DNA of 64,000 bases from NCBI GenBank assembly GCA_947085655.1, contig CAMTXH010000010.1:82015-146014 (forward strand). The letters are read 5' to 3'. Of this stretch, positions 46,546 to 56,341 are shown one piece after another. The notes under the pieces are model-generated. The model was given only the letters and a program-made list of their open reading frames with translations. It searched no databases and was not told the origin of the DNA. The position numbers and the translations under genes were made by a program. Origin of the DNA: an uncultured Omnitrophica bacterium. Its GTDB lineage: Bacteria; Omnitrophota; Gorgyraeia; JACQQV01. Positions within the stretch are counted from its first letter, which is position 1. The number at the start of each line of letters is the position of its first letter.

Positions 46546-48019
46546 CCCAATAAAAGGGCTTCAAATCTAAACCTCTGTTCTTCTCGGGGGCTTCAACCGT
46601 TTCAACCACCTGTAATCCCAGGTGTTCAAGAACCGGTTTCAGCGATTGCGGCGTCCAGTAGGAAAAATGCCGCCAGCCCGGTTTCCCCTTGGGGTGAAAA
46701 ACCCCGTGTCTTTGTCCCTCCCAAAAGGAGCGCGAGGAAGTCGCGGGATTTTCGTCGTCTGTCTCTGTAAGGTCCAATCTTTCTCTTTCCAGAAGTTCCT
46801 TGAGAGTCGTCTCAGCAGCACGGTTATCTGTTGGGATTGGGACGTAGCGCTTATCCGGAACAATCAGAAAGAGGACTCCCCCCGGTCTCATCACCCGTTT
46901 CCATTCCTTCAGCGCTTTCAGGGGATTGATCAAGTGTTCCAAGAGGTGCGAAGTGATTACGAAATCGCGGCTTTCGTCTTTTAGAAAAGAGAGGTCATAG
47001 GCAGAAGCAATCACATCCGGTTTCGGATAGACTCTCTCCTTAAAATCGGTGTAGAGATCAACGGAGACGGCATTGATATTCGGAAAACGATTGGATCCTG
47101 CGCCGATTTCAACGCCGCGTCCGATACAGTACCGATAGGCAAGTTTCAGGTCAGCCCGTTTCCGCTGGGTCCACCCGCTCACTCTCACTTTCTTGAATCC
47201 CAACTGAATCAGTTTCCCCGACATTCTGGATTTCAGTTTTGGGATAATTCCACGGCTGAGGACCGCCCGCGGCGGACGCTCTTTCCGGTCAAAATAAAAT
47301 CCTCCTCCATTTACTTCATAATTCTTGCCGTCTTGGAAGTGATAAGCGAAACTCTCCATCACCCGTTTGTATTCCAAGCCCCTCTTCCACAGGATCCGCC
47401 GGAAAAGAGTGTCGTTCGGATAGGGAAACGGCCTCCGGTCAGGCCAGCGGCCGAGGGCATTGAATAATGTTTTATGGATCACCGTCGGAACAAAGAAACC
47501 GTCAATGGCCAACCGCTCTTCAGCATGACGTTTCACAAAATCAATAAAACCTGCCTCTTCGAATTCATCTGCCCTCAGCCCAAAATTCCTAATGAGGTTC
47601 GCGTGGTAAGGTCGGATGATCCCCGGCTCAACTGTCTGCGCCGTCAGAACATTCTTTGGCGTGAGATACTTTACGATAGCCCTGTCCCAATCGGGGGCAA
47701 AATAGATGTCCTGTGTGGTAAAACATAAGATGCCCTTCGAGGCAAGCCGGGCACCCCGATTCCAACTCCCGTACGGGCCCAAATTTTTCGGATTTTTAAA
47801 GACACGCACATGTGAATGACGCGACAGGATGTCGATATCCTGCTGGGTGTAAGAGGCGCTATGCCGGTCCGGATCGACGAGTGCAATGATTTCATGAGGG
47901 AGGCGGCTATTTTTTTGAAGACTGCCAATACAGACCTCCAATTCAGCCCCGCCCTTAAAAACAGGGATGATGATCGAAAATGAGTTATCCAACTTTTTCC
48001 CCAAGACCTTGAATCGCAA
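46502..48019 (-). CDS. bifunctional GT2 glycosyltransferase / SAM-dependent methyltransferase fusion
   Basis: N-term SIIIPVFKGGAELEVC GT2 start; C-term LEHLINPLKALKEWKRVMRPGGVLFLIVPD methyltransferase motif II/III region. Confidence 0.6.
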   Translation of the reverse strand: MRFKVLGKKLDNSFSIIIPVFKGGAELEVCIGSLQKNSRLPHEIIALVDPDRHSASYTQQDIDILSRHSHVRVFKNPKNLGPYGSWNRGARLASKGILCFTTQDIYFAPDWDRAIVKYLTPKNVLTAQTVEPGIIRPYHANLIRNFGLRADEFEEAGFIDFVKRHAEERLAIDGFFVPTVIHKTLFNALGRWPDRRPFPYPNDTLFRRILWKRGLEYKRVMESFAYHFQDGKNYEVNGGGFYFDRKERPPRAVLSRGIIPKLKSRMSGKLIQLGFKKVRVSGWTQRKRADLKLAYRYCIGRGVEIGAGSNRFPNINAVSVDLYTDFKERVYPKPDVIASAYDLSFLKDESRDFVITSHLLEHLINPLKALKEWKRVMRPGGVLFLIVPDKRYVPIPTDNRAAETTLKELLERERLDLTETDDENPATSSRSFWEGQRHGVFHPKGKPGWRHFSYWTPQSLKPVLEHLGLQVVETVEAPEKNRGLDLKPFYWDDFTIVARKVGNER

Positions 48020-49583
48020 GGCGCTGTTTGAACAGAGTCAATGCGATCTGGACCTCTTCAAGGCGAAGCTGCCGGAGCGTCACAACGAAAACAAGAAAGC
48101 CGGTACCCCCAATCACCGCCAACTCAAACAGAGACATCTTCAGTCCTTTTTCAGGCCCCAAATACCGGAGTATTTCCTTCATTCCGAAGAGGGTGGCACC
48201 GCATGCAAGCGCCGCAGCCGACAGTTTCATGTAAAAGGAACTGACAAATATTTTGGCCGTCTCCGGCATTGCCCTTGAAAGAGCCGCCCAGTAGACCATG
48301 GCGATGGTTAGTGTCATGAGCGAAGAAGAGAGGGCAACACCCAAATAGCCGAGGGGGCCGATCAGAAGCAAAATGAAAAAGAGATGGATCACTTCCCCCA
48401 AGATTTGAATGCCGGCGACCTGAAAGGGCCTCTTCAGTGCGTAGAGCCCCCGTCTAAAGATGCCCACCGCGCCTTCCGCCATCAATCCCAATGCATAACA
48501 GGCAAGGGCATTCGCAAGCAGGACCGTGTCCGACGACTGGAATCGTCCCCTCTCAAAAATGATTGCAGTAATGGGCGTCCGGAGAAGAACTAAAAAGAGT
48601 GTCATAGGAAGGCAAATCAGGAAAATGACACGGAGGACCTTCCCCATGACCACCCTCAGCTGATCAAGTTTCTGTATAGCGGCAGCGGCTAGACTCGGAT
48701 AGACTACCGTCTGCACAGGGACAATGCTCAAGCCGCACAATTTGGCATAAATGTTGGAAGTATATTGCAAAATCGCCAGACTCCCCTGCGGGAGAAAAGA
48801 AATTAAGGCGGTCATGGCAACAATCTTCGCCTGAACCGCTACTTTACTCACAACAAAAGGGCTGACAGACTTGATGGTTTCCCGCACTGCAGGATTTTTC
48901 CAGTCAAAAGAGAACGTGTAACGGAAGCCGTTTCCAAGGAGAGCACCCAATAGAAAAAGAAAGCGGGTCAGGGCGCCTGTCATGAGGGCGACGGGAAGAC
49001 TCCAGAGGCCGATGGAGGGGGCCAAAAGAGAGAGAGCCAATAGCCCCAAACCGGGCGAGAGGACCGAATCCGTCACCTCCACCCACACAAACCTCCGCAG
49101 GGCGTGGAGAACGGCGGTTACGAAATTGCCGAGAACCACAAGGGTCAGCATCGGAAGGAGAAAACGGGTCATGGAGATGATCGTTCCTCTGGCCGATGCT
49201 TCAAAACCGGGCACGACGAACGGGATGATCCAGGGGGCAAGATAAAAGACAATCCCTCCGATCAGCAGGGTGAGGCCTGCAAGCACATTAAAGAGATTGG
49301 ATGTAATGATCCACGCCTCTTTGTAATCTTTTTTCGCCCACCGCTCCGTAAAGATCGGAAGAAAAACCGTGGCAACTGTCCCTCCCAGAAAAAACTTGTT
49401 GGTCGTCGTGAAAAGGACAGATGCCGCGAAAAAGATATCCATTTCCCTTCCGGCACCAAAGAAAAAGGCATAAAGGGCCATTTGAACAAATGAGAGAACA
49501 AGACCTATCGCACGGAGGGCGCTGATCCAGCCGACCGAGCGGGCCGCCCTCTCGTAAACGCCCAGCTGCTCAGGTTCACCCAT
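47985..49583 (-). CDS. MurJ/MviN-family (MOP superfamily) lipid-linked oligosaccharide flippase
   Basis: ORF 47985..49664 trimmed to MGEPEQ...; FFGAGREMDIFFAASVLFTT resembles MurJ N-terminal signature; 14 hydrophobic segments. Confidence 0.65.
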   Translation of the reverse strand: MGEPEQLGVYERAARSVGWISALRAIGLVLSFVQMALYAFFFGAGREMDIFFAASVLFTTTNKFFLGGTVATVFLPIFTERWAKKDYKEAWIITSNLFNVLAGLTLLIGGIVFYLAPWIIPFVVPGFEASARGTIISMTRFLLPMLTLVVLGNFVTAVLHALRRFVWVEVTDSVLSPGLGLLALSLLAPSIGLWSLPVALMTGALTRFLFLLGALLGNGFRYTFSFDWKNPAVRETIKSVSPFVVSKVAVQAKIVAMTALISFLPQGSLAILQYTSNIYAKLCGLSIVPVQTVVYPSLAAAAIQKLDQLRVVMGKVLRVIFLICLPMTLFLVLLRTPITAIIFERGRFQSSDTVLLANALACYALGLMAEGAVGIFRRGLYALKRPFQVAGIQILGEVIHLFFILLLIGPLGYLGVALSSSLMTLTIAMVYWAALSRAMPETAKIFVSSFYMKLSAAALACGATLFGMKEILRYLGPEKGLKMSLFELAVIGGTGFLVFVVTLRQLRLEEVQIALTLFKQRLAIQGLGEKVG

Positions 49584-50763
49584 GAAGGACTCGTTCAAAA
49601 AGACCCTCCTCCCACTCTGGGGTGGGTGTCCTACCTTCTCGAAGCGTTGACACAAGCGTCTCAAAACGCCGTCTTGAATTTTCGTAGGAGAAAGATTCGA
49701 CTTTCTCCATCGCCTTTCTTTGGATCTCCCGATAGAATAAAGGGTCGGCCATCAGTTGTTCCGCCAGCGCTATCCCCTTCCGGACACCCTCAATATCTGA
49801 GACGGCAAGATCCGGAAAGCATTCCGATTGTCCGTTCGAATTGCAGCCGATGCACGGGGTGCCGACCGCGGCTGCGTCCAGAGCAACCCTCCCATTGGTC
49901 CACCAGATGTCCGTGTTCAAAATCATGAATGCCTTGGCGGTTTCCTGAAGGTAGGGCTGCCAGGCGGTCCTGGGAAGGACTTCGTAGTGTGTCCCCCGCA
50001 GGGGTTCGAGATTCATATCCCCCCAATCCGTCAATCGAATCAGAAATTCAGGATGGCGTCTCTGCAGTTCCCGGGCTACGAGGAGACTCGCCATGATATC
50101 CAGTCGGTCTGTCTTTCCGGCAATGTAGAGGATTTTCTCTTTTCCTTCCAGAGGTCTGTAGAATGATTTGGCGAATTCGGTTGGATAGAAAGGCGGAGCA
50201 TAGGCAATCGGTTTTTCGGACACCAACTGCAGATAACCGAGTGCGGCGCGGTTCACAATCAGGAAAAGATCCGACGCATTCACAAATTCCGCAAAAGAAC
50301 GGTACCAACCGGGATCCCTCCACCATTCCCGAACGCGGCCCAAATTGTAGGTTCCGTGTGTTCCCAAGAAAAGGACCTCCGGCGTCGCAGATTTGGCCTC
50401 TTTGAGAAATTGTAGAAGGTCGTCATGACGCTCAAGAAAATGACAGACCAAAATCACGTCGAAGCGCTTGACATAGGAGAGGTTTTTAAATCGCAAAGGG
50501 CGTTTGAGCCGGCGCCGCATAGAAAATTTTATTCGATCCGGAAAAGAAACCGGCTCATGGACACCGGGCCTTTCTTTCCCGTCCTCAAACCAGTGAAGCG
50601 GAATATGCTCTCCGTTTAGGGCACTGGTCCAGCAGCCGAAGGAATTGACGTCGATTTCCCGGCGCTGATCGCAGAAGTAATTCGGCCTTTCCGGCGTCGG
50701 TCTCCAGATGCCGCCCGATTTTGTATTCCATTCCACGCAGGCAAATCTCACCATGCCGTCCAA
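49576..50763 (-). CDS. hypothetical protein with GT-B-like C-terminal half, candidate glycosyltransferase of the nonulosonate module
   Basis: C-terminal AVGTPCIGCNSNGQSECFPDL...ALAEQLMADP resembles GT-B donor-binding domain; no firm family assignment. Confidence 0.3.
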   Translation of the reverse strand: MDGMVRFACVEWNTKSGGIWRPTPERPNYFCDQRREIDVNSFGCWTSALNGEHIPLHWFEDGKERPGVHEPVSFPDRIKFSMRRRLKRPLRFKNLSYVKRFDVILVCHFLERHDDLLQFLKEAKSATPEVLFLGTHGTYNLGRVREWWRDPGWYRSFAEFVNASDLFLIVNRAALGYLQLVSEKPIAYAPPFYPTEFAKSFYRPLEGKEKILYIAGKTDRLDIMASLLVARELQRRHPEFLIRLTDWGDMNLEPLRGTHYEVLPRTAWQPYLQETAKAFMILNTDIWWTNGRVALDAAAVGTPCIGCNSNGQSECFPDLAVSDIEGVRKGIALAEQLMADPLFYREIQRKAMEKVESFSYENSRRRFETLVSTLREGRTPTPEWEEGLFERVLHG

Positions 50764-51590
50764 CCCCCGTCCACCACGAGATTCGCCCCTGTCATATACG
50801 AAGAGGCATCCGAAGCGAGGAAAAGGATTGCTCCTTTGTATTCGTCCCGATCCGCCATCCGGCCGAGGGGAACACGCCAGGAATAATTTTTGACAAAGGT
50901 CTCATCATGGCCGTCGTAGACACCCCCCGGCGAAAGAGAATTGACCCGAATTTTTTTCTCCGCCCAATAGGTGGCCAGGTACCGGGTAAAATTGATCACA
51001 CCCGCTTTTGTCGTTGAATAGGAAACCGGCATGTTGAAGGGCTTGCCGCTGTAAGGGCTCTTGACTCCCTCATAGATCCGGTGGTCAGGACCGACCATTC
51101 CCGCCATGGAGGCGATGTTGATGATGACACCACCCCCCTGTTTGACCATGACTTTTCCGACGGCCTGGGTGCATAAAAACATCCCGGTCAGATTGACTCC
51201 CAACGCTTCCTCCCAAAGTTCCAGCGGGTAATTCTCGAATTCGGAAAAATAGCCGTTGAGCTCCTCGCTTCCTTTCTTGACCGTCAAGGCCGCATTGTTG
51301 ATGAGGACATCGATGCGCGGAAATTTTTCCAGAATTTCCTTGACCATGGCCGTGACGTCCGCTTTTTTTGTGATGTCCGCCCGGATTCCGAGTGTCTTCA
51401 CGTTGAAGGCCCGGCCGATCTCGTCGGTTGCTTGATCAAGACGCTTCCGGTCAAGGTCCACCAATACCGGCTGGCCTCCTGCTTCCGCAATCGCCTCCGC
51501 ATGCATCCTCCCGAGCATGCCGGCCCCGCCGGTAATAACCGCGGTCCTCCCTGTCAGGTCAAACGCCTTCTTGACAGATTTTGTCTTCAT
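50748..51590 (-). CDS. classical short-chain dehydrogenase/reductase (SDR)
   Basis: TAVITGGAGMLG cofactor motif, YSTTKAG (YxxxK) catalytic motif. Confidence 0.8.
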   Translation of the reverse strand: MKTKSVKKAFDLTGRTAVITGGAGMLGRMHAEAIAEAGGQPVLVDLDRKRLDQATDEIGRAFNVKTLGIRADITKKADVTAMVKEILEKFPRIDVLINNAALTVKKGSEELNGYFSEFENYPLELWEEALGVNLTGMFLCTQAVGKVMVKQGGGVIINIASMAGMVGPDHRIYEGVKSPYSGKPFNMPVSYSTTKAGVINFTRYLATYWAEKKIRVNSLSPGGVYDGHDETFVKNYSWRVPLGRMADRDEYKGAILFLASDASSYMTGANLVVDGGWTAW

Positions 51591-52620
51591 AGAGTGAAAT
51601 CACCTCTCCGGTCTCAAGGGATTGCTTCGCGGCAAGGGCGATTCTTAGGCTGTCGGCGCCTTCCCGAAGCGAAACGAGCGGCGTTTCTTCGCCCCGGACA
51701 GATGCCAAAAAATGCCTCATTTCGTCCAGGAAAAGTTGGTTTCTCTCAAATCCCTCCAGACGGCGTGTCTCCGGCTCCTCTTTGCCTCCCTGCCACACGG
51801 TCAATGTCCCGCCGTGATGATCCCAAATGATCTTTCCCGAATCCCCGATGATTTCGCAGCGCCGGCTCGGCGGCCTCTGGAGATAATCCTGGAGAATGTG
51901 AACCGGCAGGATATTTCCGTTCCACCGACATTCCATCAGAATGCTCGCGGTATCTTCTACATCGAGTTCTAAACGGCTCAACTTTCCTCCGAGGGCAAAC
52001 AGACGCTGGGGCATCCCGAAAAGAGAATAGGCATAATCGAACTCGTGGATTTGGGAAAGAATCACGCCGCCGCCCAGATTTTTTCTTGAAGCATACATCT
52101 TCCGGTAATCTTCGTACGGATGCCATCCGGGGAGGTACTCGCCCACCTCCAGACGGACGGATAAGAGCTTACCGATCGCCTCTTCCTTGAGGAGATTCCG
52201 GATCCAGCCGAGACAGGGATGGAACCGAAGTTGAAACCCGACCATGGCGGTAAGCCCCTTTTTCTCGACGATGGAGATCAATTCGTCCACACCCTCCAGA
52301 GAATCGGATAACGGTTTTTCGATAAAAAGGTGGCACCCGGCCTTTGCCGCCTCAAGGGCCGCGGGGATGTGGAGACTGCTCGGGTTGGTGATGAATGCCA
52401 CCTCCGGCTTTTCTGCCAGCGCTTTGTCCAGTTCACCAAAAACATGGATGTTGTACTTCTCTTCGATGGAAGCACCCGGCTCAACAGTCAAAGTCGGAGT
52501 CATCACTGTCTGCAGGCGGCGGACGCGGTAGGCCAAAATCTCCGTTTCCGGAACCAGGGTCTTGAGGTTCCTCAAGTGGCGCTGCCCGATTCCGCCCAGT
52601 CCGATGAAGAGTGCCTTCAT
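51559..52620 (-). CDS. Gfo/Idh/MocA-family oxidoreductase
   Basis: MKALFIGLGGIGQRHLRNL Rossmann start, EKPL motif (FIEKPLSDS). Confidence 0.75.
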   Translation of the reverse strand: MKALFIGLGGIGQRHLRNLKTLVPETEILAYRVRRLQTVMTPTLTVEPGASIEEKYNIHVFGELDKALAEKPEVAFITNPSSLHIPAALEAAKAGCHLFIEKPLSDSLEGVDELISIVEKKGLTAMVGFQLRFHPCLGWIRNLLKEEAIGKLLSVRLEVGEYLPGWHPYEDYRKMYASRKNLGGGVILSQIHEFDYAYSLFGMPQRLFALGGKLSRLELDVEDTASILMECRWNGNILPVHILQDYLQRPPSRRCEIIGDSGKIIWDHHGGTLTVWQGGKEEPETRRLEGFERNQLFLDEMRHFLASVRGEETPLVSLREGADSLRIALAAKQSLETGEVISLYEDKICQEGV

Positions 52621-53381
52621 GCGGGGTGTCTCCGCTCCCCTGTCGACACTGAAAGCGTTTCTTTGGCATTCATCGAGGCCAACAACTTTTCTGCCTCCTG
52701 AAAACTCTCTTCATAATCAATTTCGATGTAGGGCTCCTGGATGACAAAAGGCAGGATTTTTCGCCCCGACATCGCCCCCTCCAGGATGACCCGGGGCCGC
52801 AGAATATCAACGTAACCGTTCTGCCAATAGACTTCCGGAAGGAGTTGCCGCGGCATGTTGTAAGGTTCCTCCATTCCCGGCACCGTCACCAGCGGTTCCA
52901 AATAACCCTCTGGATTCATGCGCCACATCTTATAAGGGGTTTGGGACGGCCAGAGGACTGATTTGAGGGAATCCGCCTCCGGATGCACCATCAGGGTGCG
53001 GATCGCGGCTTCAACCGTCTCCACACGCCGGATCGGTCCCGTCGGACGCAGATCGACGATCAGTTCAGGAGTATAGTCTTCGTTTTCCTTCAGCCACTTG
53101 AGCGCATGCTGAAACACGGGAAGGTCAGGACTTAAATCCTGGGCCAGTTCCGGAGGCCGCATAAACGGCACCTCCGCCCCGAATTTCCTGGCAATCTCGG
53201 CAATTTCCCGATCCTCCGTGGAAACAATGACCCGTTGAATGAGATCGGATTGCCGGGCGCACGCAATGGTATAGGCAATCAGGGGCTTCCCGGCAAGCGG
53301 CCGAATGTTTTTCCGGGGAATGCTCTTGGACCCTCCCCGGGCCGGAATCAGGCATAGAATTTCAGGGATTTTGTTCCGCAT
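52617..53381 (-). CDS. CMP-nonulosonate/ulosonate cytidylyltransferase (NeuA/CTP_transf_3 family)
   Basis: LCLIPARGGSKSIPRKNIRPLAGKPLIAYTI signature of acylneuraminate cytidylyltransferases. Confidence 0.75.
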   Translation of the reverse strand: MRNKIPEILCLIPARGGSKSIPRKNIRPLAGKPLIAYTIACARQSDLIQRVIVSTEDREIAEIARKFGAEVPFMRPPELAQDLSPDLPVFQHALKWLKENEDYTPELIVDLRPTGPIRRVETVEAAIRTLMVHPEADSLKSVLWPSQTPYKMWRMNPEGYLEPLVTVPGMEEPYNMPRQLLPEVYWQNGYVDILRPRVILEGAMSGRKILPFVIQEPYIEIDYEESFQEAEKLLASMNAKETLSVSTGERRHPA

Positions 53382-54213
53382 ACTTACAGGATTCCTGCAA
53401 ATGGCGTTTCACAAATTCAAGATAGCGCCTCGCCGTTTCTTCTTCAATGCCGTCCCGGGCACCCTGCAGGATGTAAGGACCTTCGAAGCCCGCCGCCTGC
53501 AAGGCCTGAAATGTCCCCGTAAAATCGACATCGCCGGTCCCGAGCGGCACCGTGGAGCCCCCCCGTTTTCTGTCTTTGACATGAACACCGGAAATCCAAG
53601 TCCCGAGTTTTGGGATTTCCGTCTCCGGACGATGTCCCGTCGCGACACGGTTTCCGATATCATAATAAATGCGGATCAGCGGATGATCGAACGCCTCCAT
53701 CAACGCCTCATACGACTCGACCGGCAGATTGGATTCGATGGCAAGTTCAATGCCATGCGTCTCTGCAATCGGCAACACGGCGCGCAGGCATTGGATCAGC
53801 TGGCGCTGGTCGGTTTCTGTTTGAATTTCGACCTCCTCCAAAACAGGCAGAAGGACCCTCCGGATGCCCAAACGCGCCCCCTGTTCAATCAGGTGCCTGA
53901 GCGTTTGAATAGAATTTGACTGCGCCTCGGGTGAAGTCCGGAAGAAAGGGTATCGCATGAAGTAATCAGCGCAGATCGAAGGGACTGCAACCCCGTGGAC
54001 CTCAGAGACAGTCCGAATCCGTTTGATTCCCTCCCTTGTCCAAAGCGGGTTCTTCCGATGGCCGTCGGCTTCAAAAACCCATTCCAAAGCATCAAACCCG
54101 CACCGCCTTGCTTTCGGAAACTCCTCCTCCCATGTCTCTACCGGAAACGCCTGCAATCTTCCCTTGAGAGGAGGAGAAAGTCTCCCTTGAAGGATCCCGA
54201 TGACGTTCTTCAC
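53362..54213 (-). CDS. sugar phosphate isomerase/epimerase (xylose isomerase-like TIM barrel, AP_endonuc_2 family)
   Basis: 283 aa alternating beta/alpha pattern, FDALEW, HGVAVPSICADYF, His/Glu/Asp-rich metal-site-like segments; family call tentative. Confidence 0.5.
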   Translation of the reverse strand: MKNVIGILQGRLSPPLKGRLQAFPVETWEEEFPKARRCGFDALEWVFEADGHRKNPLWTREGIKRIRTVSEVHGVAVPSICADYFMRYPFFRTSPEAQSNSIQTLRHLIEQGARLGIRRVLLPVLEEVEIQTETDQRQLIQCLRAVLPIAETHGIELAIESNLPVESYEALMEAFDHPLIRIYYDIGNRVATGHRPETEIPKLGTWISGVHVKDRKRGGSTVPLGTGDVDFTGTFQALQAAGFEGPYILQGARDGIEEETARRYLEFVKRHLQESCKYAEQNP

Positions 54214-54752
54214 GAATGAATCCGGGTCATCCTGGAGGGTTCTGTCGGTTTTTCTGCCTCCAATGTCCTTAAAACCATGCCGCAGACCTCTCGGACAGCT
54301 CCTTGGCCTCCTTTTTCACTCAGAACGATCTTGGCCTTCGAGATCACAGAGGGATCCGCGTCCTTCACCGCGATACCCAATCCCGCCCAGGCCATACACG
54401 CCAGATCATTCTCGTCGTTTCCCACATAAACCACATCTTCCGGACGGAGTCCTTGGGCAGTCGCCAAAGATTTCAGTTGCACCAACTTGTCCGGAAGTCC
54501 CTGATAACAGGGTAACCCCAATTTTCTGCACCTCGCCGAAACAACGGGGTTCCCTTCCGTCGAGAGGACTGCCATCGGAATGCCTTGTTCCTTCAGCCGG
54601 GCAATTCCCAATCCGTCCCCTCGATGGCAAAAAACGGATTCCGTCCCATCCTGGTGGACCAGAACGCGGTTATCCGTCAATACACCGTCGAAGTCAAACA
54701 CAACAAGCTTGGGGATTCTCGGGAGGATTCCCTTTTTGACAGGCATCGTCAC
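54210..54752 (-). CDS. HAD-superfamily phosphatase, KdsC/YrbI subfamily (ulosonate-phosphate phosphatase)
   Basis: KLVVFDFDGVLTDN motif I, YVGNDENDL motif IV. Confidence 0.7.
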   Translation of the reverse strand: MTMPVKKGILPRIPKLVVFDFDGVLTDNRVLVHQDGTESVFCHRGDGLGIARLKEQGIPMAVLSTEGNPVVSARCRKLGLPCYQGLPDKLVQLKSLATAQGLRPEDVVYVGNDENDLACMAWAGLGIAVKDADPSVISKAKIVLSEKGGQGAVREVCGMVLRTLEAEKPTEPSRMTRIHS

Positions 54753-55618
54753 ACCCGGCGTAATTTTGCCAGAATCGGCTTCTCGCTTTCATACACCTCT
54801 TTCACACCGTTGCCGATCGCCTTCTCAATCAGGCGGATGTCTTTCACCAGGTGCCTGAATCCTTGGGGTTCGACCGAAGCAGCTTGGTCGCTGCCCCACA
54901 TGCTGCGATCCAGGGTAATATGACGCTCAACCACGCAGGCGCCAAGGGTTACGGCAGCCACTGTGGAGGCCAGACCCACTTCATGCCCGGAGTATCCGAC
55001 CGGGCAGTCGAAACTCCTTTGCAGCGTCTGAATCATCCGGAGGTTTAACTCTTCCGGTTGGGAAGGGTAGGTGCTGGTGCAATGCAACAGGATGAGATCC
55101 TCAGGACCAAGAATTTCCACCGCATGAATAATCTGCTCCATGGTGCTCATCCCGGTGGAAAGGATAATCGGTTTTCCTTTGGTTCTTTGGTAACGGAGGA
55201 GGTTATCGTCGGTCAGGGAAGCGGAGGCGATTTTGTAACAAGGGGCGTTAAATTGTGCGATAAAATCAACGCTTTCTTCGTCCCAACAGGAAGCAAACCA
55301 GAGAATCCCCTTCTGCTTGGCATAGCGATCGATCTCGCAATATTCCTTAAAACCGAACTCGAGCCCCCTTTTTAAATCGCCATTGGTCGGGCCAAACGGG
55401 TTTTCCCGGGGGCGTGCGAGTTCTTCGGGGGAGTAGACCACCTCCACCGCCCGTTTCTGGAATTTTACCGCATCCGCCCCTGCCTCCTTGGCCGCATCCA
55501 TCAGGGACTTTGCAAGCGCAAGATCCCCGTTGTGATTGATGCCGATCTCGGCTACGATAAATGCGGGATGCCCTTCTCCGATCAGACGATCCCCGATGCG
55601 TACCTCCCTTGCGCTCAT
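54749..55618 (-). CDS. NeuB-family PEP-condensing nonulosonate/ulosonate-phosphate synthase lacking C-terminal SAF domain
   Basis: IVAEIGINHNGDLALAKSLMDAAKEAGADAVKFQKR N-terminal signature of NeuB/PseI/LegI; 289 aa ends before antifreeze-like domain. Confidence 0.7.
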   Translation of the reverse strand: MSAREVRIGDRLIGEGHPAFIVAEIGINHNGDLALAKSLMDAAKEAGADAVKFQKRAVEVVYSPEELARPRENPFGPTNGDLKRGLEFGFKEYCEIDRYAKQKGILWFASCWDEESVDFIAQFNAPCYKIASASLTDDNLLRYQRTKGKPIILSTGMSTMEQIIHAVEILGPEDLILLHCTSTYPSQPEELNLRMIQTLQRSFDCPVGYSGHEVGLASTVAAVTLGACVVERHITLDRSMWGSDQAASVEPQGFRHLVKDIRLIEKAIGNGVKEVYESEKPILAKLRRV

Positions 55619-55635
55619 TCCCCGCTCCTTTCACA

Positions 55636-56337
55636 TCACTTGGATTCTGTTAAGATTTCCTCCGCATCCGCCGTCACGGTCTTGCGCCGCTCTTCCTCCT
55701 TCCACACCGTCCTGAAATAGTCGAGGAAGAAAAAGAAGAAGTAGCCCCCTACCCCGGAAGCGAGCAGGGCACTCAGAACCTTCTTGAGGGTGTGCCTGGG
55801 ATTGGGACCTTGCGGTGGTAATGCGCGATCAATCACCTTCAACATCGGCTTTTCGGCTGTCAGACCAAGCTGTTCGTTGATGACATTGAGATGGTCAACG
55901 CAGAAATTGGCAAGCGCCGCCGAAAAGTCCGGATCTTCTGTGGTTGCCTGAACCATGAAAAGCGTCCCTTGGGAGACGTCGTGTCCGCTGATCATCAAGG
56001 GAACCTTCCGAAGCACCGCCTCCCTTGTTGCCCCATACCTTTGAGTCAGATCAAAATGGTCCACCACCCCCTCGGCCATTCGTCGCGTTTTCAAGAGGTA
56101 GCTTAATGACGTCACGGAGGTGGGCGTGCCGCCTCCCACTGAAATTCCCAACACCGGAGCCCCCTTGAGCGTCTGCTCGGGGGCAGGCGGAAAGGTACTG
56201 ACTCTTGCGGTGTATGTTCTCGGCGTGATCATCGTAATCGATGCCACGATGACCACCGAGATCGTCATCATAACAAAAAGGTACCCCTTGTATTTCCGGG
56301 CAACCTTCCCGTAGGTCAAAAGTGTAATATCAGCCAT
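55636..56337 (-). CDS. Wzz-like polysaccharide co-polymerase (chain-length determinant, small PCP)
   Basis: ORF 55636..56514 trimmed to MADITLL...; N-terminal TM (YLFVMMTISVVIVASITMI), periplasmic segment, C-terminal TM (LSALLASGVGGYFFFFF). Confidence 0.5.
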   Translation of the reverse strand: MADITLLTYGKVARKYKGYLFVMMTISVVIVASITMITPRTYTARVSTFPPAPEQTLKGAPVLGISVGGGTPTSVTSLSYLLKTRRMAEGVVDHFDLTQRYGATREAVLRKVPLMISGHDVSQGTLFMVQATTEDPDFSAALANFCVDHLNVINEQLGLTAEKPMLKVIDRALPPQGPNPRHTLKKVLSALLASGVGGYFFFFFLDYFRTVWKEEERRKTVTADAEEILTESK

Positions 56338-56341
56338 GTTT

